A DNA stretch of 40,970 bases from the NCBI GenBank assembly GCA_047627215.1, contig JBLHTM010000004.1, forward strand, positions 1 to 40,970, given 5' to 3'. This stretch comes from Rickettsiales bacterium. GTDB lineage: Bacteria; Pseudomonadota; Alphaproteobacteria; Rickettsiales; UBA1997. A program made the position numbers and the translations under genes. Positions within the stretch are counted from its first letter, which is position 1, and the number at the start of each line of letters is the position of its first letter. The notes under the pieces are model-generated. The model was not told the DNA's origin, did no database searches, and saw only the letters and a program-made list of their open reading frames with translations. Below, in pieces: positions 26,472 through 36,827 of the stretch.

Positions 26472-27875
26472 TTACATGTGGATTGGTCGCTTATCAACAG
26501 CCAAAGCCGCTTCTTTAACAGCTTCATTGTAGGTTGGGTGAGCATGACAAGTTCTGGCAATATCTTCTGCAGATCCGCCAAATTCCATTGCCACAACAAT
26601 TTCATGAATCATGTTTCCAGCTTCACGACCAATGATGTGAGCACCGAGGATTTTGTCAGTTGTTTTGCAAGCAAGAAGTTTAACAAATCCTTCTGAATCT
26701 CCTGTTGCTCTGGCTCTTGAGTTTGCCATCATTGGGAATTTTCCGACATTGTAAGCCACATTCGCAGCTTTCAATTCTTCCTCGGTTTTTCCAACTGAAG
26801 CCACTTCTGGGTAGGTGTAGATCACATTTGGAATGCAATCATAATTGATGTGACCAGCGCCGCCGGCGATGATTTCTGCAACCGCCATTCCTTCATCTTC
26901 AGCTTTGTGAGCAAGCATTGGTCCTGTGGTACAATCTCCAATAACGTAGATATTATCTACTGAAGTTTTAAGATGGTTATTTGGAATGAATCCTCTTTTG
27001 TCAGTTTCAATTCCAACTTTATCCAAACCTAAATTTGCAGTATTTGGCTTTCTACCAATTGCAACCAAAACCACATCAGCTTCTAGGGTTTCTTTTTTGC
27101 CGCCAGCAGCAGCTTCAACTTCAACAATCGCGCCAGATTTTCCTTTTTTGACAGACACAACTTTTGTTGAAAGACGGAATTTGAATTTTTGTTTTTCTAG
27201 AATTCTTTTAAATTGTTTAGAAATTTCTCCGTCCATTGTTGGAGTGACTTTGTCTAAATATTCAACAACCTCAATTTCAGAACCAAAACGCCCCCAAACT
27301 GAAGCCATTTCAAGCCCAATAACACCAGCGCCAATGACTAATAATTTTTTAGGAACTTTTGTTAAATCAAGCGCGCCAGTTGAAGAAACGATGATTTTTT
27401 CGTCAATTTTAACACCAGGCAAGTCAGTAACTTCTGAGCCAGTTGCAATGATGAAATTTTTGGCAGAAATTTTCTCGATTTTTCCATCTTCCAAAGCAAC
27501 TTCAACAGTGTTTTTATCCAAAAACTTGCCATATCCATTAATGAGAGTGACTTTATTTTTCTTAAACAAGCCAGCAATTCCACTAGTTAATCCTTCAACG
27601 ATTTGATCTTTATTGGAAATAACCTTTTTGACATCAACTTTCGGTTTTGAAACTTCAATTCCAAGATCGGCAAAATGTTCGGCATCATGAAATTTGTGAG
27701 ATACTTCCAAAAGTGCTTTTGAAGGAATGCAACCAACATTCAAACAAGTTCCACCAAGAGTTTTGCGAGTTTCTACGCAAGCCACTTTAAGCCCTAATTG
27801 AGAAGCGCGAATTGCTGCTACATAGCCTCCAGGGCCACCACCGATAATTACTAAGTCGAAATTTTGATTTGTCAT
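26472..27875 (-). CDS. lpdA: Dihydrolipoamide dehydrogenase
   Basis: GGGPGGY, GGTCLNVGCIPSK, GAGVIGLE, MLAHKAEDEG, HAHPTYNE. Confidence 0.97.
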   Translation of the reverse strand: MTNQNFDLVIIGGGPGGYVAAIRASQLGLKVACVETRKTLGGTCLNVGCIPSKALLEVSHKFHDAEHFADLGIEVSKPKVDVKKVISNKDQIVEGLTSGIAGLFKKNKVTLINGYGKFLDKNTVEVALEDGKIEKISAKNFIIATGSEVTDLPGVKIDEKIIVSSTGALDLTKVPKKLLVIGAGVIGLEMASVWGRFGSEIEVVEYLDKVTPTMDGEISKQFKRILEKQKFKFRLSTKVVSVKKGKSGAIVEVEAAAGGKKETLEADVVLVAIGRKPNTANLGLDKVGIETDKRGFIPNNHLKTSVDNIYVIGDCTTGPMLAHKAEDEGMAVAEIIAGGAGHINYDCIPNVIYTYPEVASVGKTEEELKAANVAYNVGKFPMMANSRARATGDSEGFVKLLACKTTDKILGAHIIGREAGNMIHEIVVAMEFGGSAEDIARTCHAHPTYNEAVKEAALAVDKRPIHM

Positions 27876-27931
27876 GTTTGTTTTAAATAAAAGTTAAGAA
27901 ATGTTTAAGAATTTTTAAAGTAGAGTCTGGA

Positions 27932-28693
27932 TCAGCCAAAGCGACCAGTAATGTAGTCACTAGTTCTCTGATTTTTAGGATTGGTGAAAATCACATTAGT
28001 ATCATCATATTCTTCAATTTTTCCCATATTGAAAAACGCCGTTCTGTCTGAAACCCGTGCTGCCTGTTGCATTGAGTGGGTGACAATGACAATTGTGAAA
28101 TTTACTTTCAACTCGTCAATCAATTCTTCAATTTTTGCCGTAGCGATCGGATCAAGCGCCGAACAAGGCTCATCCATCAAAATGATTTCTGGTTTAACCG
28201 CAATGGTTCTGGCAATACAAAGTCTTTGTTGCTGTCCACCAGACAACCCAGATCCTTGATCATTCAAGCGATCTTTAACTTCTTTCCAAAGCCCAGCTCT
28301 TTTTAAACTAGTTTCAACAATTTCGTCAAGCTCAGATTTTTTGTCAAACAAACCATGAATTCGCGGTCCATAAGCCACGTTTTCATAAATGCTTTTTAAA
28401 AAAGGATTGGGTTTTTGAAAGACCATTCCAACGCGAGAGCGCAAAAACACAATGTCGAGCTCTTTGTCGTAAATATCTTTGTTGTCAATTTTGATTTCAC
28501 CGGTGATTCTGCAAGAAGGGATTGTGTCATTCATTCGATTCAAACAACGAAGAAAAGAAGATTTCCCACACCCAGAAGGGCCGATCAAAGCCGTTGTTGT
28601 GTTGGCTTTAAAATCAAGGCTAACATCGAAAAGAGCCTGTTTTTCCGCATAAAAGAGATCAACATTTTTTGTCGATATTTTGCTGTTTTCCAT
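27932..28693 (-). CDS. pstB: Phosphate ABC transporter ATP-binding protein
   Basis: [54 protein letters not shown]. Start at the MENSK Met is preferred. Confidence 0.95.
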   Translation of the reverse strand: MENSKISTKNVDLFYAEKQALFDVSLDFKANTTTALIGPSGCGKSSFLRCLNRMNDTIPSCRITGEIKIDNKDIYDKELDIVFLRSRVGMVFQKPNPFLKSIYENVAYGPRIHGLFDKKSELDEIVETSLKRAGLWKEVKDRLNDQGSGLSGGQQQRLCIARTIAVKPEIILMDEPCSALDPIATAKIEELIDELKVNFTIVIVTHSMQQAARVSDRTAFFNMGKIEEYDDTNVIFTNPKNQRTSDYITGRFG

Positions 28694-28838
28694 TGCTTCT
28701 AGATTTGATTTAAACTCGAAATTGTAAAGTGCGCAGAACATAAAACTTATTTTATAAAAGATCAATTTCTAATCAAAATATCAGGTGTATATGTTGAGAT
28801 TATGATTTTTTGTCAGAACTTTCAAAAATCATCTGCTA

Positions 28839-28868
28839 TTGACATAGTGAGGTTTTTTTAGGTAAATT
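28839..28868 (+). promoter_or_regulatory. Possible sigma70 promoter
   Basis: TTGACA-N18-TAAATT upstream of the gene at 28934. Confidence 0.3.
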
Positions 28869-28933
28869 AAGGACTCGCAAGTTGGTGAACATTATTTTAA
28901 TAAAAACCAAATCACTTCAAACGCAATTACAAA

Positions 28934-29725
28934 ATGATTTTATCGGTAATTATAATTAAAATTCTAATCTCAATATTTGTGGTTCTTGGGCTTTCAATAA
29001 TCGCCGAAAAATCTTCACCATCAATTTCAGGGATTTTATCTGGATATCCTTTGGGTTCAGCAATTACACTATTTTTTTATGGTTTTGATATGGGGGCAAA
29101 TTTTGCATCACACAGTTCGACTTACTCACTTTTAAGTCTTATTTCCTGTCAGGTTTTTGTCTATGTTTATTATCTAACAATTTTAAAAACCAAAAAATTC
29201 AGCCCTCTAATTTGCTCAGTTTGTTCTATTGTGGCTTTTTTGGTGACAACCTACATTTTCTCAAAAATAGAATTTTCATTATACGGAACATTCGCAGCAG
29301 CACTTATTTCAATCATCATATTCAGCCATCTTTTCAGAAAACTTCCCGATATTAAGATTGTTAAGAAAAGTAAATTAAGCACAAAGATTGTCTTTTTAAG
29401 ATCAATTATGACCGCAGTAATTGTGGTAATAATCACCTCCATTCCTCATTTTCTAGGAGTAAAATGGGCAGGATTATTTTCAGGATTCCCCGTCATATTA
29501 CTTCCTCTAATATTAATCATTCATATTTCCTACAAAAAGGAACATGTTTGCTCAATAATAAAGAATTTCCCCAAAGGATTGGGCTCATTAATTATCTACA
29601 TAATTAGCGTTTATTCATTCTACCCATTAGTCGGAATTTATTTAGGAACCTTTATTTCCTTCATCTTTGCCACCATTTATTTATTTGCCGTCTTGTTACT
29701 TAAGAGACTAAGAATCGCTTCTTAA
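28934..29725 (+). CDS. Hypothetical polytopic membrane protein with two-fold internal repeat
   Basis: About 8 hydrophobic segments; GILSGYPL in the first half mirrors GLFSGFPV in the second half. Confidence 0.7.
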   Translation: MILSVIIIKILISIFVVLGLSIIAEKSSPSISGILSGYPLGSAITLFFYGFDMGANFASHSSTYSLLSLISCQVFVYVYYLTILKTKKFSPLICSVCSIVAFLVTTYIFSKIEFSLYGTFAAALISIIIFSHLFRKLPDIKIVKKSKLSTKIVFLRSIMTAVIVVIITSIPHFLGVKWAGLFSGFPVILLPLILIIHISYKKEHVCSIIKNFPKGLGSLIIYIISVYSFYPLVGIYLGTFISFIFATIYLFAVLLLKRLRIAS

Positions 29726-29801
29726 TGTCTATTATAACTTGTATTTTCTTAAGCCATCTTTAAATTAACCTGAATAAATCAACCATTAAATTTATCATAA
29801 A

Positions 29802-31385
29802 ATGCCTGCTTGCGAATCGAACCCAACCAATAGAAAAAAAGTAATTATCCTCGGCTCTGGACCCAATAGAATTGGGCAAGGAATTGAATTTGACTACACT
29901 TGTGTTCATTGCGCTTTTGCTCTAAAAGAAGCTGGAATTGAAGCAATTATGATCAATTGTAACCCTGAAACCGTATCAACTGATTACGACACTTCAGACC
30001 GACTTTATTTTGAGCCTTTGACTGGTGAGGATGTTTTGTCGATTGTTAGAAAAGAACAGGAAAACGGTGAATTACTCGGAGTCAATGTTCAATTTGGCGG
30101 TCAAACACCTTTGTCTTTAGCGAAATTTTTACAAGATGCTGGCGTGCCAATCATTGGAACCTCTCCAGACATGATCGATTTAGCAGAAGATCGCGATCGC
30201 TTCAAAAAACTTTTACAAGATCTTGGTCTCAAACAGCCAAACAACTACATCGCCTATTCTTCTCTAGAAGTTCTCGAGCAAGTCGGACAAATTGGCTTTC
30301 CTGTCGTCGTTCGCCCTTCATATGTTTTGGGTGGAAAAGGCATGGCAATCGTTTATGACACCGAATATTTACACAAATATTTGAATGATTATTCCGAAGT
30401 TTTTGAAAGCGGGCCGTTACTGCTTGATCAATTTTTGACCGATGCAATTGAAGTTGACGTTGATGCTCTTTGTGATGGTAAGGAAGTTTTTGTAGCCGGA
30501 ATCATGCAGCATGTTGAAGAAGCTGGAATTCACTCAGGTGATTCTGCTTGTTCAATTCCTCCATACTCCCTGTCTGATGAAATTATTGAAGAGATCAAAA
30601 AAGCGACCATCAAACTCGCTTTGGGATTGAATGTTGTGGGTTTGATGAACATTCAATTTGCAGTTCAGGGTGACGAACTTTTCGTTCTTGAAGTCAATCC
30701 AAGAGCTTCAAGAACTGTTCCTTTCGTCGCCAAAGCCACCAAAATTCCTTTAGCAAAAATCGCCACCATGCTCATGGTTGGTCAAAAACTCAGCGATTTT
30801 AATTTAGAATATAAAAAACCAGATTATTTCGCCGTCAAAGAAGTCGTCTTGCCATTTGCGAGATTTGGCAATGTTGACATTCTTTTAGGGCCAGAAATGA
30901 AATCCACTGGTGAAGTGATGGGAATTGACAAAACTTTCCCACTAGCTTTTGCCAAAGCCCAAATTGCCACAGGAACAAAACTTCCAACTGAAGGTCTAGC
31001 ATTTTTATCGGTCAAAAATTCTGATAAAAAACATCTCATTCAAATCGCCAAAGATCTGATCGAGACTGGATTTGAAATTGTTGCCACTAAAGGAACTTCA
31101 GAATTCTTGAATGAAAACAACATCAAAGCCAGAATCGTCAATAAAGTTTTGGAAGGAAAGCCACACATCGTTGACATGATTTCAAATAAAGAAATTTCGC
31201 TAATCATCAACACAACAGAAGGAGCTCAAGCAACAAAAGACAGTTTTTCGATCCGCAGAACTGCCCTAATCAAAAATACCACATATTCCACAACAATCTC
31301 TGGAGCGAAAGCATTAGTTGGGGCAATCATAGCCTACAAGGAAAAAGGCATGAGCTTGGATGTTATCGCGCTTCAAGATTTATAA
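29802..31385 (+). CDS. carB: Carbamoyl-phosphate synthase large subunit, C-terminal half only
   Basis: Starts at the second repeat ([21 protein letters not shown]); [39 protein letters not shown]-terminal MGS domain; 527 aa. Confidence 0.92.
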   Translation: MPACESNPTNRKKVIILGSGPNRIGQGIEFDYTCVHCAFALKEAGIEAIMINCNPETVSTDYDTSDRLYFEPLTGEDVLSIVRKEQENGELLGVNVQFGGQTPLSLAKFLQDAGVPIIGTSPDMIDLAEDRDRFKKLLQDLGLKQPNNYIAYSSLEVLEQVGQIGFPVVVRPSYVLGGKGMAIVYDTEYLHKYLNDYSEVFESGPLLLDQFLTDAIEVDVDALCDGKEVFVAGIMQHVEEAGIHSGDSACSIPPYSLSDEIIEEIKKATIKLALGLNVVGLMNIQFAVQGDELFVLEVNPRASRTVPFVAKATKIPLAKIATMLMVGQKLSDFNLEYKKPDYFAVKEVVLPFARFGNVDILLGPEMKSTGEVMGIDKTFPLAFAKAQIATGTKLPTEGLAFLSVKNSDKKHLIQIAKDLIETGFEIVATKGTSEFLNENNIKARIVNKVLEGKPHIVDMISNKEISLIINTTEGAQATKDSFSIRRTALIKNTTYSTTISGAKALVGAIIAYKEKGMSLDVIALQDL

Positions 31386-31401
31386 AATTATCATCAACTT
31401 G

Positions 31402-31430
31402 ATCCTGCAAAATCCCTTGCAGGATATTTT
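31402..31430 (+). terminator. Hairpin after carB, possible weak terminator
   Basis: ATCCTGCAA-aatccc-TTGCAGGAT followed by ATTTT. Confidence 0.4.
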
Positions 31431-31446
31431 CGTTTAAAAATACCCA

Positions 31447-33237
31447 ATGAAAGACCGATCCCATCAATCGATTCTAAAAAAGACCTATCAACCAACTCCA
31501 GTTGATGAAAGATTGGCGCTGGCGATTCACCAAAGACTAGGAGTTGCTTTGTCGGTTGCTAGAGTTTTGGCGGGGAAAAATTTGATTGATTCAGGTGATA
31601 GTGACTTTTCACAAATTGAGAATTTCCTAAATCCCACAATAAAATCCTCACTTCCCAATCCGTTCGATCTTTTAGATATGGATAAGGCGGTGGAAAAAAT
31701 AATTTCTACAATAAAAGACAATAAGAAAATCACTGTTTTTGGTGATTATGACGTTGACGGAGCCACCTCATCTGCGCTGCTGAAAAGATTTTTTGCAAGC
31801 ATTGGCGTCGATATTGGCATTTATATTCCCGATCGCGCATTGGAAGGATACGGTCCCAATGTTGATGCTCTTTTAAATTTGAAAAAACAAGGAACCGATC
31901 TAGTTATTACTGTTGATTGTGGAACTGTTTCTTTTGCTCCTCTAGAAGCTGCAAAAAAAGTAGGCCTAGATGTCATTGTCATTGATCATCATATCGGCGC
32001 ATTTGAGAAACCAGAAGCAATTGCCATCATCAACCCGAATCGTTTGGATGAAAAATTCCCCGACAAACATCTCGCCGCAGTCGGTGTTTCATTTTTGCTT
32101 GCTGTCGCTGTTAATAAAGAACTTCGTGAAAGCGGGTTTTACACACAAAACAATCTCTCTCAGCCAAATTTATTAAACTTACTCGACCTGGTTGCCCTTG
32201 GAACTGTTTGTGATGTCATGAGTATCACAGGAGTCAATCGCGCCTTTGTTTCTGCTGGCTTAAAGATCATGAAAAATAGATCAAATATTGGAATTAGAGC
32301 TTTATTCGATGCAGCAAATTTGGATGAAGAGCCCTCTTCTTATCATCTTGGATTTGTTTTGGGTCCAAGAATCAATGCTGGCGGAAGAGTTGGAAAGTCA
32401 GATTTGGGAGCCAGATTGCTATCCAGCAATAATGAAGATGAGGTGAAAAAAATTGCCGAAGAACTCAATATCCACAATAGCAGGCGCAAAGATATTGAAG
32501 TGAATATTCTCTTAGAGGCCAAAGAATTGACAGAAAAACGTGATGACGCGGTTTTGATAGCGTCTTCAAAAGAATGGCATCAGGGCGTGATTGGAATTGT
32601 GGCATCAAGAATCAAAGATCTTCACGGGAAGCCAACTGCAATTTTGGCCATTAAAGACGGGATTGGAAAGGCCTCATGTCGATCAATTTCTGGTGTTGAT
32701 TTTGGATCAGCAATTGTCGAGGCAAAACTTTTGGGAATTATCATTGAGGGCGGTGGCCACAAAATGGCGGCAGGATTCTCCATAAAAGAGGAAAAAATTC
32801 CAGAATTGCAAAAATTCTTAAATGAAAAATTAGCCAAAGATGTTGAAATTTCTCGCCAAAATCAAATTTCTCATATTGCTGATGTTTTGGACATCAATTC
32901 AGCCAACATCAAGCTAGCTAAAGAGCTTTCAAAATTAGAGCCATTTGGAGTGGGAAATTCAAAACCCAGATTCATCATCAAAGATTTGCAAATAATTGAG
33001 GCTAAAATTGTCGGAAAAGACGAAAAACATGTTCGCTGCGTTTTTGCCGCCAAAACCCTAGCGGGATGGAATGGAAGAATCACCGGATTTGCTTTTAGCG
33101 CTATGGATAGTGATTTGGGAGCTATTTTGATTTCAAAAAATAAAGGTAAGCCAGTGGCGATCGTAGGGCAAATCAATATCAACAGATGGATGGGAAATGA
33201 GAATTTACAAGTGGTGGTTGAAGATTTGGTAGTTTAG
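31447..33237 (+). CDS. recJ: Single-stranded DNA exonuclease RecJ
   Basis: GDYDVDGATS, EGYG, TVDCG, IDHH, LGTVCD, GPRINAGGR, GGGHKMAAG, LEPFGVGN. Confidence 0.96.
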   Translation: MKDRSHQSILKKTYQPTPVDERLALAIHQRLGVALSVARVLAGKNLIDSGDSDFSQIENFLNPTIKSSLPNPFDLLDMDKAVEKIISTIKDNKKITVFGDYDVDGATSSALLKRFFASIGVDIGIYIPDRALEGYGPNVDALLNLKKQGTDLVITVDCGTVSFAPLEAAKKVGLDVIVIDHHIGAFEKPEAIAIINPNRLDEKFPDKHLAAVGVSFLLAVAVNKELRESGFYTQNNLSQPNLLNLLDLVALGTVCDVMSITGVNRAFVSAGLKIMKNRSNIGIRALFDAANLDEEPSSYHLGFVLGPRINAGGRVGKSDLGARLLSSNNEDEVKKIAEELNIHNSRRKDIEVNILLEAKELTEKRDDAVLIASSKEWHQGVIGIVASRIKDLHGKPTAILAIKDGIGKASCRSISGVDFGSAIVEAKLLGIIIEGGGHKMAAGFSIKEEKIPELQKFLNEKLAKDVEISRQNQISHIADVLDINSANIKLAKELSKLEPFGVGNSKPRFIIKDLQIIEAKIVGKDEKHVRCVFAAKTLAGWNGRITGFAFSAMDSDLGAILISKNKGKPVAIVGQININRWMGNENLQVVVEDLVV

Positions 33238-33284
33238 GTTTTGACCCGATTTCAATGCACTAATGTTTCACTAAAATTTGTGGC

Positions 33285-33371
33285 TGTAGGGGCGGATTGC
33301 ATCCGCCCTTTTTACAAACATCAACATCGTTTTTGTTGGTAAAGTTTGGGCGAATGCAATTCACCCCTACA
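33285..33371. repeat. GTAG-type REP doublet (REPIN-like)
   Basis: TGTAGGGGCGGATTGCATCCGCCC ... GGGCGAATGCAATTCACCCCTACA in inverted orientation, between convergent genes. Confidence 0.75.
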
Positions 33372-33467
33372 AACTTCATTACAAGCCGAAGGCTCAGTAA
33401 TCCAGAAAAATATTTCAACAGAATAAATTTCTAATAGAAATTGTCTCTTCTATTGTCATTTGTTTAT

Positions 33468-34151
33468 TTAATTTACTTTATCAAATTCTTGAAACTTATT
33501 ATATCTGATAATTGAGATGATTATTTTGCAATATTCCTGTCTTTTTTCTGAATATTTATCCAATTTCTTGGCAAGGATTAGTGAATCGTTACTACGCATT
33601 TTTTCTTTTCTAAATTCTTTATAAGCTCGTCCAGTCGCAAGAACTTTGTAATAATGTTCAATGGAATCCTCGATCGAATCATATTTTTTGATCCAAATCG
33701 TTTTATTTCCTCGTTTTTTTCTGGCAGCAATGCGTTTTTCATTTTTGTTAAATGACCAAATTCCAAATACATTGTTTGCTTTTTTGAAAAATCTTGAAGT
33801 TCCCCAAGCGCTCTCAATTGCACCTTGAGCTAGAGTCAAGCTGATTGGATGAGGCTTAAGAGCCATTAATAAATCTTTGTTATTCGTGGCTTTATATTCC
33901 TTTCTTAAAGATCGGAGATGTTTTGAATTTGGATCATTCTTTATTTCTTCCTCCGCTTGTTCATATTGATTTTGCAATCTTAAGAAAACTTTTTTTGCAG
34001 GATCAACTAAAGCATTTTTGAAATTCTGCTTTTTTTCTTGAATGGTAATGATTTTTTTTGGGGAAGGTTTCGAATCTTTAGTCCAAGCACTTATTGCGCA
34101 AATTGATGCAAAAATGACTATTGCACCAATTGCAATATTTTTTTTATTCAT
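33468..34151 (-). CDS. Glucosaminidase-domain (Bax-like) exported peptidoglycan hydrolase
   Basis: Signal peptide; LAQGAIESAWGTSRF, NNVFGIW, AYKEFR, LDKYSE. Confidence 0.85.
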   Translation of the reverse strand: MNKKNIAIGAIVIFASICAISAWTKDSKPSPKKIITIQEKKQNFKNALVDPAKKVFLRLQNQYEQAEEEIKNDPNSKHLRSLRKEYKATNNKDLLMALKPHPISLTLAQGAIESAWGTSRFFKKANNVFGIWSFNKNEKRIAARKKRGNKTIWIKKYDSIEDSIEHYYKVLATGRAYKEFRKEKMRSNDSLILAKKLDKYSEKRQEYCKIIISIIRYNKFQEFDKVN

Positions 34152-34185
34152 AAACTGCTGTTGGTTTATTTTGGGAAAAATATTC

Positions 34186-34349
34186 TAGATAGTGTCGACT
34201 TATTATTTAAATTTTGATTTTTTAGGATATTTTGAGCGATTTTTTCATAAATTTTCGACGAATATCGGGATATATTTTAGAAAATTTATGAAAAAAAGAG
34301 CCAAAATAGACAAAAAAGCAAAATTTAAAGAATATGTCGACACTATCTA
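34186..34349. repeat. 164-bp palindromic (foldback/MITE-like) element, family B
   Basis: 31-bp terminal inverted repeat with 2 mismatches (TAGATAGTGTCGACtTATTaTTTAAATTTTG) and an inner perfect 17-bp inverted repeat TTTTTTCATAAATTTTC / GAAAATTTATGAAAAAA. Confidence 0.75.
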
Positions 34350-34358
34350 AATCCCGAT

Positions 34359-35564
34359 CTATTTATTCAACTCTTCTCTGACTTTCTTAATAAACCCTTC
34401 CGTGTCTAAAAAATCTTTTTGCCCAGTTAAAAGCGCTAAATCTTTAGTCATAAATCCGGCTTCAATAGTTTTAATTACTGAAGATTCCAATTTATCGGTG
34501 AAGTTCTTAAGCTCAATATTGCCATCCAATTTTGCACGATGAGCAAGCCCGCGCGACCAAGCGAAGATTGAAGCAACAGAATTTGTTGAAGTTTTTTCGC
34601 CGCGCTCATGAGCTCTAAAATGGCGAGTTACAGTTCCATGTGCCGCTTCTGCTTCAACGGTTTTGCCGTCTGGAGAAATCAAAATTGAACTCATGAGTCC
34701 AAGAGATCCAAATCCTTGCGCCAAACTGTCTGACTGAACATCGCCATCGTAGTTTTTACATGACCAAACAAATCCCCCTTCGGTTTTTAGAGCGTATGCA
34801 ACCATGTCGTCGATTAAACGATGTTCATAATAAATTCCTGCATCTTTGAATTTTACTTCAAATTCTTCTTCATAAATTTTTTGGAAAATATCAACAAATT
34901 CAGTGTCATAGACTTTCAAAATTGTGTCTTTGGTAGACAAAAATAATGGCCATTTTTTTGTGAGCGCCATGTTCATTGAAGCATAAGCAAACTCAGTGAT
35001 TGACTTTGTCGTGTTGTACATTGCCATGGCAATTCCACCAGAATCTTTGAAGTTAAAAACTTCATTTTCCTCGATCTCACCGTTTTCCTTAACTACTTTT
35101 AGATAAATTTTTGATCCTTTTTCGGTCTTGATGTCGAAGGCTTTATATTGGTCACCAAAAGCGTGACGTCCGATGCAAATAGGTTTTTTCCAAGTGCGAA
35201 CAATTCTTGGAATATTTGAAACAACGATTGGTTCTCTAAAAACAGTTCCGCCGATAATGTTTCTAATCGTGCCATTTGGTGAACGATAGATTTTTTTCAG
35301 ATTAAACTCTTTCTGACGATCTGGAGTTGGAGTAATGGTTGCACATTTTATTGCTACATTAAACTCCTTAGTCGCCTCAGCAGCGTCAATTGTGATTTGA
35401 TCATCGGTTTCGTCACGTTTTTGCACACCCAAATCAAAATATTTAATATCTAAATCCAAATAAGGATTGATCAAATTATTTTTAATCATTGTCCACATGA
35501 TACGCGCCATTTCATCGCCATCAATTTCAACAATAGGATTTTCTACTTTTATTTTTTGATTCAT
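34359..35564 (-). CDS. icd: NADP-dependent isocitrate dehydrogenase (eukaryote-like subfamily)
   Basis: DGDEMAR, KCATITP, SPNGTIRN, GRHAFGDQY, KNYDGDVQSD, EAAHGTVTRH. Confidence 0.96.
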   Translation of the reverse strand: MNQKIKVENPIVEIDGDEMARIMWTMIKNNLINPYLDLDIKYFDLGVQKRDETDDQITIDAAEATKEFNVAIKCATITPTPDRQKEFNLKKIYRSPNGTIRNIIGGTVFREPIVVSNIPRIVRTWKKPICIGRHAFGDQYKAFDIKTEKGSKIYLKVVKENGEIEENEVFNFKDSGGIAMAMYNTTKSITEFAYASMNMALTKKWPLFLSTKDTILKVYDTEFVDIFQKIYEEEFEVKFKDAGIYYEHRLIDDMVAYALKTEGGFVWSCKNYDGDVQSDSLAQGFGSLGLMSSILISPDGKTVEAEAAHGTVTRHFRAHERGEKTSTNSVASIFAWSRGLAHRAKLDGNIELKNFTDKLESSVIKTIEAGFMTKDLALLTGQKDFLDTEGFIKKVREELNK

Positions 35565-35565
35565 T

Positions 35566-36657
35566 TTATTTTGTAAATTCGGTTATTAAATCAGTTGATA
35601 TTTTTCGATATTTGGAAGTTTGAAAGTTTTTAGTGATGTGCTGTAAATCAAAACCACAAATTGCACTAATTCCACCATCTCCAATTCTGCGGTCGGATCT
35701 TATGTGGATAAATTTATCAATCAAGCCAGCTTTAAAAAATTCTGCCGCCACAATAGATCCGCCTTCAATAAGTAAATTATTGATGCCGATTTGAGGTAGT
35801 TTCTGAACAAAATCTTTTAAATCATTTTCTTTGAAATGTATTATTTTTACCCCCACTTCTTCGAATTTATTAGTATTTTGGTTGTTGGTGGCAATGTAGG
35901 TTGGAATTGATTTTGTGTTTTGGAATATTTTACTATGTACGCCAAAATTCAAATTTGAACTCATAATAATTCTTTTGGGGGAGTAGTTCCTTAAGCCAGA
36001 AAGGCGACAATCGAGACTCGGATCGTCATTAATAATTGTATTTGCGCCAACTAAAATTGCATCATTCTTACTTCTTAAGAGATGCGCAAAATTTTGAGAT
36101 TGCGGTGAACTGATCCAGCGATTTTCTTCATTTTGGGTTTGGTAATTGTGAGCAATTTTCCCATCAAAACTGGTGGCCAATTTTAAGGTGATAAATGGTC
36201 GATTTTTCTGCCTTGCGCTAAAAAAACCCTGATTTATTTTTCTGGCTTCATCCCCCAAAACTCCAGTCACAATTTCAATTCCTGCTGATTTTAATTTCTC
36301 AATTCCAGATCCATTAACTCTTTTATCTGGATCAGCTGTCGCAATCACCACTCTGGAAATTCCATGTTCAATAATTGCGTCAGAACAAGGTGGTGTTTTG
36401 CCAAAGTGAGAGCAGGGCTCCAAAGTCACATAAGCTGTGGCTCCTTTTGCATTCTTTCCGGCTTTTAAAATTGCGATATTCTCAGCATGAGGAACGCCAT
36501 TTTCTCCGGTAATTCCAGTTGAGATAATGATATTATTTTTAACCAGAACACATCCAACTGACGGATTGTTTTTGGTGATGCCAATATTTTTTTTAGAAAT
36601 ATTTAAGGCAAAATTCATAAAAAATTGATCTTTTGGATCGAAATATCCGTTTTTCAT
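35566..36657 (-). CDS. ribD: Riboflavin biosynthesis deaminase/reductase
   Basis: NPSVGCV, HAE, TLEPCSHFGKTPPC, KLATSFDGKIA, DDPSL, IEGG. Confidence 0.95.
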   Translation of the reverse strand: MKNGYFDPKDQFFMNFALNISKKNIGITKNNPSVGCVLVKNNIIISTGITGENGVPHAENIAILKAGKNAKGATAYVTLEPCSHFGKTPPCSDAIIEHGISRVVIATADPDKRVNGSGIEKLKSAGIEIVTGVLGDEARKINQGFFSARQKNRPFITLKLATSFDGKIAHNYQTQNEENRWISSPQSQNFAHLLRSKNDAILVGANTIINDDPSLDCRLSGLRNYSPKRIIMSSNLNFGVHSKIFQNTKSIPTYIATNNQNTNKFEEVGVKIIHFKENDLKDFVQKLPQIGINNLLIEGGSIVAAEFFKAGLIDKFIHIRSDRRIGDGGISAICGFDLQHITKNFQTSKYRKISTDLITEFTK

Positions 36658-36827
36658 GAAATTGTGTGTATTATATTGCGACAGTGCAAGTTTTTATGAG
36701 AAAATATGGTGATATCTCTTTACTTTTTTAAGAGATTCTATTTAATGACGAAGTTTTTTATTGACTAGGTTTTTTAGCCAAATAATACTAATTTTGTATT
36801 AACATAATTTCTCGTTCCCTTCAGATT

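Noticed and set aside
26986-27606. 206-aa ORF antisense to lpdA, and other short antisense ORFs in the track
   Set aside because: Typical antisense shadows of conserved genes with no family motifs.
28694-28933. Pho box upstream of pstB
   Set aside because: No convincing 11-bp-spaced CTGTCAT repeats on the pstB strand.
36658-36827. FMN riboswitch upstream of ribD
   Set aside because: The region is very AT-rich and lacks the conserved RFN motifs.
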